From positions 11,628 through 75,627 of the forward strand of contig JAQULF010000002.1 of NCBI GenBank assembly GCA_028718745.1: DNA of 64,000 nucleotides. The letters run 5' to 3'. The translations under genes and the position numbers were made by a program. Below, one piece after another: positions 57,921 through 64,000 of this stretch (the first letter of the stretch is position 1; every line of letters begins with the position of its first letter). The stretch is from Patescibacteria group bacterium (lineage in GTDB: Bacteria > Patescibacteriota > JACPGU01). Below the pieces are notes generated by a model. The model did no database searches and had not been told where the DNA came from. It was given only the letters and a program-made list of their open reading frames with translations.

Positions 57921-58560
57921 TGGTAGTTTCAACTACTTCGGGTTCTTGTCCGCCTTGGGCGGATTCTTCGATAGGAGCTTCTTGTTCCGCAATCTCTTCT
58001 ACTTTCTGCTCTGCTACTTCATCGCTGATATCTTTTTTCTCTTCAACAATATTTTCTTCCTTGATTTCTTCTGTTTTTTCTTCAATCTTATTTTCAGACG
58101 AATCGCCGTTCGTCTCTACAGATTCTTCAACCGGAGCTGGAGCCAGATCTTCCGTAGTTTCTGCGGTTTCAATTTCCTCATCTTCTTTCAAGCCAATCTC
58201 GCCTAACATTTTTCTTTGCTTTTCTTTAATTTTTGCGGCTTTGCCGGTAAGACCTCGCAAGAAGAAAATCTTTTTCCGTCTAACCTTTGAACTTCGTAAA
58301 ACTTTTATTGATTCGATATTTGGACTGTTTAACAAAAATTTCTTTTCAACTCCTACACCTGAAGCAATCTTGCGAACTGTGATTGAAGCTGTCACACTAT
58401 TTCCACCTTCTCGAGCAATAACCATGCCTTCAAAAATCTGAACGCGAGTCTTGGCGCCTTCTCGAATTTTTTGAGAAACTTTAACAACATCCCCGGTTTT
58501 TACATCGGGAATGGATTTCTTTAACGATCTTTTGTTGACTAAATCAAGAATTGAATTCAT
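57901..58560 (-). CDS. rplS: 50S ribosomal protein L19 with an acidic C-terminal extension
   Basis: GDVVKV, RVQIFEG, TVRKIASGVGVE, KVRR. Confidence 0.95.
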   Translation of the reverse strand: MNSILDLVNKRSLKKSIPDVKTGDVVKVSQKIREGAKTRVQIFEGMVIAREGGNSVTASITVRKIASGVGVEKKFLLNSPNIESIKVLRSSKVRRKKIFFLRGLTGKAAKIKEKQRKMLGEIGLKEDEEIETAETTEDLAPAPVEESVETNGDSSENKIEEKTEEIKEENIVEEKKDISDEVAEQKVEEIAEQEAPIEESAQGGQEPEVVETTNEEKSE

Positions 58561-58642
58561 TTTATACAAAATTAATAATTAGGACATTTAGCCCTCGCAT
58601 TTATAGATTTTAACACAGACCGGAGGAAATTACAATGTTTTC

Positions 58643-61600
58643 TCAATCTGTTACTTCAACCCCCACCTCATACCCCAAAATCATGATTAATTCTCTTTTC
58701 AGATCATCGCAAAAATTGATTTTGAATGATGTTAGAATTTTTCTTTGATTCCCTTCTATATCAGTTAGGCTAATTACCAAAGGATTTTTGCCTTCATATT
58801 TATATAATACTCTTTTGATGCGATTAAATTTATCGATATTAACATCGGAACCGAATGAAATGGTAATTTTTTCAGCGGGTAAAACATTATTGAGCGGCTC
58901 TGTAGGGGCGGGGTCTTCCCGCCCTGTATTCGCGGGCGCGGAACCCGCGCTCCTACTAGAATCGGAAGAATTATTATTGCCCGCGCCATTCTGATTTTTA
59001 TTCCATCCGCCATTCCATTTCTTCCCTTCTGTAGTATGCGGTTGTTTCTCGTATTCGCTAATTAACTGCGGATTAAATTCTTCATATTTATTAACCAAAA
59101 TTTTTATAGCCGCGTCTTTGGTTGAAACCTTTCCGCCAACCACAACTATTTTTCCCTCAACCCAAAAGTTGGAATTTTCCGCCAAGACTTTTGGGAAAAC
59201 CAAAAGTTCGGTTTGATTAAGAAAATCTTCAAACGAAACAAAAAGCATCGGCTCTTTATTGCGAGTTGTGATTTTTTGAATTTTGGAAATAACACCCAGC
59301 ATTTTCACATCCTTCCCTTCATCTGCTTCAGCCAGACTTCCAATTGCTCGAAAAGTAGTACCGATAAAATTTTTGTATTGAGAAAGCGGATGCGATGAAA
59401 TATAAATGCCTAGCAATTCTTTTTCCCAATCCAGTTTTTCTTTTTCGGTCGCCGGAACAGTATCAATTAAATTAATTTTATTAATTTCATTCATTTCCAC
59501 CGCATTGCCAAAGATATCAATTTGCATTGATTCTTTTTCGCGACGGATATTTTGAGCGAAAGAAAGGATATTATCAATTGAAACTAGCATTTTTTTTCTT
59601 TCACCAAATTGATCGAGCGCTCCACATTTAACTAATGATTCTAAAGACTTTTTATTTATTTCATTGGAAGCGGTCCTTTTTATAAAATCTTCCAGCGAAG
59701 CGAAACGACCGCCTCCGCCTCCTTCGGCGGATTTTCTCGCGTTTTCAATTACCTCGATCGGACCTTCACCAACATTCTTAATCGCCGAAAGAGCATAACG
59801 AATCTTTTTTTCATTTGGCACAATGGCAAAATTCATAAAACTCTCGTTAACATCCGGAGCGGCAACTTCAATTCCCATTGTCCGGCATTCGTCGATTTCT
59901 TTAGCAATGCGATCGAGATCACCTTTATCCGAAGTCATGACCGCTGCCATAAAAGCTTCGGGAAAATGAGCTTTGAGATAAGCTGTTTGATAAGCGATCA
60001 TTGCATAGCAAGCGGCATGAGATTTATTAAAACAATATTGAGAGAAAGCCTCCCAAGTTTTCCAAACATTTTCTGCAATTTCTTTTTTGATTGAATTTTT
60101 CACGCAGCCACCGATAAATTCATCTTTCATTTTTGCCAGCAAGGCTGCATTCTTTTTTCCAATCGCTTTTCTCAATGTGTCGGCCTGACCGCCGGTAAGA
60201 CCCGCCATGTCTTTTGATAGCCGGATAACTTGCTCCTGGTAAATCGTTACTCCGTAAGTATCTTTGAGCGCCGCTTCCATGCTGGGATGTTCATAAACAA
60301 TTTTTTCTTTTCCATGTTTACGGTTTATAAAGGATTCAATAAACTGCATTGGGCCGGGACGATACATGGCTACCATAGCAATAATGTCTTCAAATACGGT
60401 TGGCTTCAAATCCTTGATATGTTTTTTCATCCCGTCCGATTCCAGCTGAAATACTCCGGTAGTTTCAGCTTTCTGCAACAATTTGAAAACTCCCGCATCG
60501 TCCATTGGTAGATTATTTATATCAATTTCTTTTTCATAGACTCTGCGAATAATGCGAAGCGCATTTCCGATAATAGTTAAGTTTGCCAGTCCAAGAAAAT
60601 CCATTTTTAGAAGCCCTACATCCTCCAGATAGTTCATTGAGTATTGGGTTACGGCCGAAATGTCCCCTTTGGTAGCTTTTTGAATTGGTACATAGTCAGT
60701 CACGGGATCTTTGGATATGACTACTCCGGCCGCGTGCATAGAAGCATGTCTGGCAACGCCTTCAAGCTTTGAAGTTAAATCCAACATTTCTTTCATTTTA
60801 GAATCGGAATTATATAGGTCTTTCAATTCTTTTACGGATTTTAAGGATTCTCCCAGATCCATCCCGAAAGGAATCATTTTGGCGATTTTATCTACTTCTG
60901 TGTAAGTAACTCCCAGAACTCTGCCGACATCTCGAACGGCCATACGAGCCGCCATAGTACCAAAGGTAATTATTTGAGCCACATGATCAGCGCCGTATTT
61001 TTGAGTTACATACTCGATAACCTTGCCTCTCTTTTCATCAGCAAAATCCATATCAATATCCGGAGCGGAAATTCTGTCGGGGTTAAGAAATCTCTCAAAT
61101 AAAAGATCATAATCCAGAGGATTGAGATCGGTAATTTTTAAAACATATGAGACAATGGCGCCAGCAGCCGAACCTCTTCCCGGGCCAACCAATACTCCGT
61201 TATTTTTCGCCCAATTAATAAAATCAGCAGTTACTAAAAAATATCCGGCGTAGCCTGATTTTTTGATAACGGTTAGCTCATAATCTAATCGATCTACTTT
61301 TTGTTTATCTATCTTTTCTTCAACTTTCTTGCGCAATGATTCGTCGTCTAAGTTTCTCCAGTCAATTTTTTTCTCGGAAAATCTCTCGAGCATTCCAATA
61401 TAGCATTCTCTTTCCAAAAAGCTTTCCAGCGTATAATTTTCGGGAATTGGAAAATTTGGTAAAAATAATTTTCCCATTTTTATTTCCAAATTGCACATAT
61501 TCGCAATTTTTCGGGTATTTTCAATGGCTTCCGGAATGTATGAAAAATGTTCCCTCATTATTTCTTCGGATGGCAAAGATAAATCAGCATCGATTTCCAT

Positions 61601-62332
61601 TCTATTGGGATCGTCCATGGTCTTTCCGGTTTGCAGACAAAGCAAAACTTCTTGAGCTTTGCGATCGTCGGGATTTATGTAATGAGAATCTTTGGTCGCG
61701 ATTAAAGGTATGCCGGTTTTTTTTGAAATCTCAATTAATCCCTCATTTACTTTTTGCTGATCCGGCAGCGTTGGGTGGTGCTGCAATTCAAGATAGAAAT
61801 GATCTTGCCCAAAAATATCATTATATTCCTTAGCGATCTTTTCGGCCTGACCAAGATTTTCGGACAGCACTGCTTTGGGCACCTCCCCATGCATACAAGC
61901 GCTGCTGGCAATTAATCCTTCCGAATATCTTTTTAATAATTGCCTATCCACTCTTGGTTTATAATAGAATCCGTCCATGTGAGCGATAGAAACCAGCTTG
62001 ATAAGATTTTTGTATCCTTGTTCATTCTTTGCCAATAAAATCAGGTGATAATTTTCACTGTCAATCCCGGGGGTTTTATCCAGGTGAGATCTGGCCGCAA
62101 CATAAACCTCGCATCCAATGATTGGCTTAATTCCCTGCTTGCGTGCCGCTTTATAAAATTCAATCACACCATACATCGTACCATGATCAGTGATAGCGAT
62201 AGCATCCATTCCATATTCCTTGGCTTTATCCAAAACATCCGGAATTTTACTCAAACCGTCAAGTAGGCTATAATGAGTATGGAGATGGAGGTGGACGAAA
62301 GTAGATTTTTTTATCTCTTTTTCTTCTGACAT
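58643..62332 (-). CDS. dnaE: DNA polymerase III alpha subunit
   Basis: HLHTHYSLLDG PHP domain, GRGSAAG, PDIDMD, KMDFLGL, FNKSH. Confidence 0.97.
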   Translation of the reverse strand: MSEEKEIKKSTFVHLHLHTHYSLLDGLSKIPDVLDKAKEYGMDAIAITDHGTMYGVIEFYKAARKQGIKPIIGCEVYVAARSHLDKTPGIDSENYHLILLAKNEQGYKNLIKLVSIAHMDGFYYKPRVDRQLLKRYSEGLIASSACMHGEVPKAVLSENLGQAEKIAKEYNDIFGQDHFYLELQHHPTLPDQQKVNEGLIEISKKTGIPLIATKDSHYINPDDRKAQEVLLCLQTGKTMDDPNRMEIDADLSLPSEEIMREHFSYIPEAIENTRKIANMCNLEIKMGKLFLPNFPIPENYTLESFLERECYIGMLERFSEKKIDWRNLDDESLRKKVEEKIDKQKVDRLDYELTVIKKSGYAGYFLVTADFINWAKNNGVLVGPGRGSAAGAIVSYVLKITDLNPLDYDLLFERFLNPDRISAPDIDMDFADEKRGKVIEYVTQKYGADHVAQIITFGTMAARMAVRDVGRVLGVTYTEVDKIAKMIPFGMDLGESLKSVKELKDLYNSDSKMKEMLDLTSKLEGVARHASMHAAGVVISKDPVTDYVPIQKATKGDISAVTQYSMNYLEDVGLLKMDFLGLANLTIIGNALRIIRRVYEKEIDINNLPMDDAGVFKLLQKAETTGVFQLESDGMKKHIKDLKPTVFEDIIAMVAMYRPGPMQFIESFINRKHGKEKIVYEHPSMEAALKDTYGVTIYQEQVIRLSKDMAGLTGGQADTLRKAIGKKNAALLAKMKDEFIGGCVKNSIKKEIAENVWKTWEAFSQYCFNKSHAACYAMIAYQTAYLKAHFPEAFMAAVMTSDKGDLDRIAKEIDECRTMGIEVAAPDVNESFMNFAIVPNEKKIRYALSAIKNVGEGPIEVIENARKSAEGGGGGRFASLEDFIKRTASNEINKKSLESLVKCGALDQFGERKKMLVSIDNILSFAQNIRREKESMQIDIFGNAVEMNEINKINLIDTVPATEKEKLDWEKELLGIYISSHPLSQYKNFIGTTFRAIGSLAEADEGKDVKMLGVISKIQKITTRNKEPMLFVSFEDFLNQTELLVFPKVLAENSNFWVEGKIVVVGGKVSTKDAAIKILVNKYEEFNPQLISEYEKQPHTTEGKKWNGGWNKNQNGAGNNNSSDSSRSAGSAPANTGREDPAPTEPLNNVLPAEKITISFGSDVNIDKFNRIKRVLYKYEGKNPLVISLTDIEGNQRKILTSFKINFCDDLKRELIMILGYEVGVEVTD
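58902..58956. repeat. Inverted GTAG-type REP doublet inside dnaE
   Basis: GTAGGGGCGGGGTCTTCCCGCCC and, on the opposite strand, GTAGGAGCGCGGGTTCCGCGCCC. Confidence 0.7.
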
Positions 62333-62456
62333 AAAATTTTACAATATTAAAAACATTTAAAATTTCTAATAAAAATCTTAATGTCTAATGATTTAAGATT
62401 TGAAAATTCGACATTTTATTAGACATTATAATTTAGAGCTTAGAAATTATCGCTCT

Positions 62457-63680
62457 ATGATTTACTCATTCATATTAGGAAAAAACACAGCTTTGTCTGT
62501 TGCTGAAATATTCTCGGTTTTAAAGAGAGGTCTTTTTGTTTTTGTTGTTTTAAGTATATCCCCAAAAGCACTAATCATCAAGCTGGATAAAAGAATTGAA
62601 AAAGCTCAAGATTTTTTGGATAAGCTTGGCGGAACCATAAAAATCGCCGAGGTTTTCACACAATCTACTGAACAAGACACTATAGGGCCAATCTTGGGCT
62701 ATATAGAAAGTAGAGTTCAAGATTCAAAATTCGTCTTTGGAGTATCTCTTTATGGTTTAAAAAATAATAATTTTGGATTTGATATAAAGAAGGAATTAAA
62801 AAAGGTTGGTATTAATTCCCGATTTGTCCGAGGAAAAGAGGACTCGCTTTCTGCCCCAGAAATAAAAAATAATAAGATTTTGGAAAAAGGAGCTGATTTT
62901 GTTTTAATTCGAAATGAAAACGAAATTCTCATAGGAAAAACTGTGGCCATCCAAGATTACGAATCCTATTCTTATCGCGATTATGGCCGCCCTCGTCGAA
63001 ATGCCAAAAGTGGCATGCTCCCCCCAAAAGTCGCCCAAATAATGTTGAATTTGATTCCCCTAAAAGCTAACGAAGCTAAAAGCCATAAGCTAATTTACGA
63101 TCCTTTTTGTGGCAATGGCACTATTTTGCAAGAAGTACTACTTATGGGACACAAGGTAATTGGTTCTGATATTTCAGAAGGAAGAGTTTATGATACCCGA
63201 AAAAACCTTAAATGGTTAAAAAATAAATATAATCTGGACATTGAACCGGAAAAAATGGTTTTTCAAGCTGACGCCCTGAACCTGACCAAAAAAGATTTAA
63301 CGATCGAACCCGATGCTATTGTTTCCGAAGTCTATCTGGGTCCACCCCTGACAGAAAGAGCGACTGAAAAAGAGATATTAAATATAATTACTGAATTAGA
63401 AGGAGAATACAAACAATTCTTACAAAACACTTACAACTTACTACCTACTACTTACTACATGGTTCTCGCTTTGCCCTTCTATAATCTAAAGAGTAAGGCC
63501 CATCGCTTAAATATATTTGACGATATCCAAAAAATCGGCTATAATGTCATAGATCCTTTTGATAGTTCAAAAGTTGATTTAAGCCTGCTCCCGGAATTTG
63601 ATGCTAAAAGAAAAACAATTTTGTACTCCAGACCGGATCAGATTGTAGGAAGAGAAATAGTAATTTTAGCAAGAAATTAA
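62457..63680 (+). CDS. SAM-dependent RNA methyltransferase (TRM11/THUMP-like)
   Basis: GMLPPKVA, IYDPFCGNGT, GSDI, DA, SEVYLGP. Confidence 0.8.
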   Translation: MIYSFILGKNTALSVAEIFSVLKRGLFVFVVLSISPKALIIKLDKRIEKAQDFLDKLGGTIKIAEVFTQSTEQDTIGPILGYIESRVQDSKFVFGVSLYGLKNNNFGFDIKKELKKVGINSRFVRGKEDSLSAPEIKNNKILEKGADFVLIRNENEILIGKTVAIQDYESYSYRDYGRPRRNAKSGMLPPKVAQIMLNLIPLKANEAKSHKLIYDPFCGNGTILQEVLLMGHKVIGSDISEGRVYDTRKNLKWLKNKYNLDIEPEKMVFQADALNLTKKDLTIEPDAIVSEVYLGPPLTERATEKEILNIITELEGEYKQFLQNTYNLLPTTYYMVLALPFYNLKSKAHRLNIFDDIQKIGYNVIDPFDSSKVDLSLLPEFDAKRKTILYSRPDQIVGREIVILARN

Positions 63681-63681
63681 C

Positions 63682-63801
63682 AAACGAAAAAATTTATACC
63701 AAAATATATAATAGAATTTTTTCGTAGAGGAGAAACATTGCGAAAGCTGGAGCGAACCAATTCCTTATTGGTACGCGTAAGCTGAAGAAATGTTTGGACG
63801 A
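63682..63801 (+). repeat. Two-hairpin dispersed repeat, copy B
   Basis: Matches the reverse complement of 12538-12661. Confidence 0.85.
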
Positions 63802-63802
63802 C

Positions 63803-64000
63803 ATGGCTCATAAGAAAGCTCTAGGTAGCGCTAAAAAAAATCGAGATAGTGCCGGTAGACGCCTTGGCGTTAAGGTTTATGGTGAGCAAAATGTTGGCAA
63901 GGGAGAAATAATTATCAGACAAAGAGGTACAAAACACAGAGCCGGAGCCAATGTGGCTTATGGCAAAGATTATACTATTTATTCAAAAATTGACGGCATA
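63803..64000 (+). CDS. rpmA: 50S ribosomal protein L27 (partial)
   Basis: Manual translation [24 protein letters not shown]...IIIRQRGT. Confidence 0.95.
   Translation, partial: MAHKKALGSAKKNRDSAGRRLGVKVYGEQNVGKGEIIIRQRGTKHRAGANVAYGKDYTIYSKIDGI

Noticed and set aside
57766-58441. Long plus-strand ORFs opposite rplS/rnhB (and similar ones opposite infB, gyrA, dnaX)
   Set aside because: They are Ser/Phe-rich antisense shadows of Glu/Lys-rich genes.
62400-62456. N-terminal extension of the methyltransferase
   Set aside because: It lies in a repeat hairpin; ATG 62457 is more plausible.
1-64000. CRISPR array, cas genes, rRNA, inteins, autonomous transposase or integrase, alternative genetic code
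   Set aside because: No repeat-spacer array or such ORFs were seen; dnaB, dnaE and gyrAB lack intein-sized inserts; TGA acts as a stop.

Overview
AT-rich bacterial chromosome segment whose gene content (DUF5659, DUF4012, short IF-2, reduced RNase P RNA, tRNA-Arg UCG) suggests Patescibacteria/CPR; this is an inference. Positions 1-~10480 are an accessory island next to the 3' end of tRNA-His. It holds a type I R-M locus (hsdM-HEPN-like-hsdS-Schlafen/AlbA_2-partner-hsdR) and a phage-satellite-like module (iteron-containing wHTH replication gene, DUF5659, TerS-like gene). The rest is core genome: a tRNA cluster, LCP, lepB, der, infB, gyrB/gyrA, queH, rnpB, a surface-polysaccharide cluster, dnaX-dnaB, nadM, rsmE, gltX, rnhB, rplS, dnaE and rpmA (partial). 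The most unusual signal is a set of tiny hairpin insertion elements. (i) A TTTACCCCG...GGG element inserts without target duplication into decayed tRNA copies, and in one case carries an intact tRNA-Gln nested inside its own ghost. (ii) A ~120-bp two-hairpin repeat with covarying stems sits directly in front of tRNA-Gly and of rpmA, 51 kb apart. (iii) CYTGCCC-type, TCCGCC-type, REP-doublet and heptamer repeats are inserted in frame into gyrA, dnaE, a glycosyltransferase and a methyltransferase. All family assignments come from motif recognition by eye; no searches were run.
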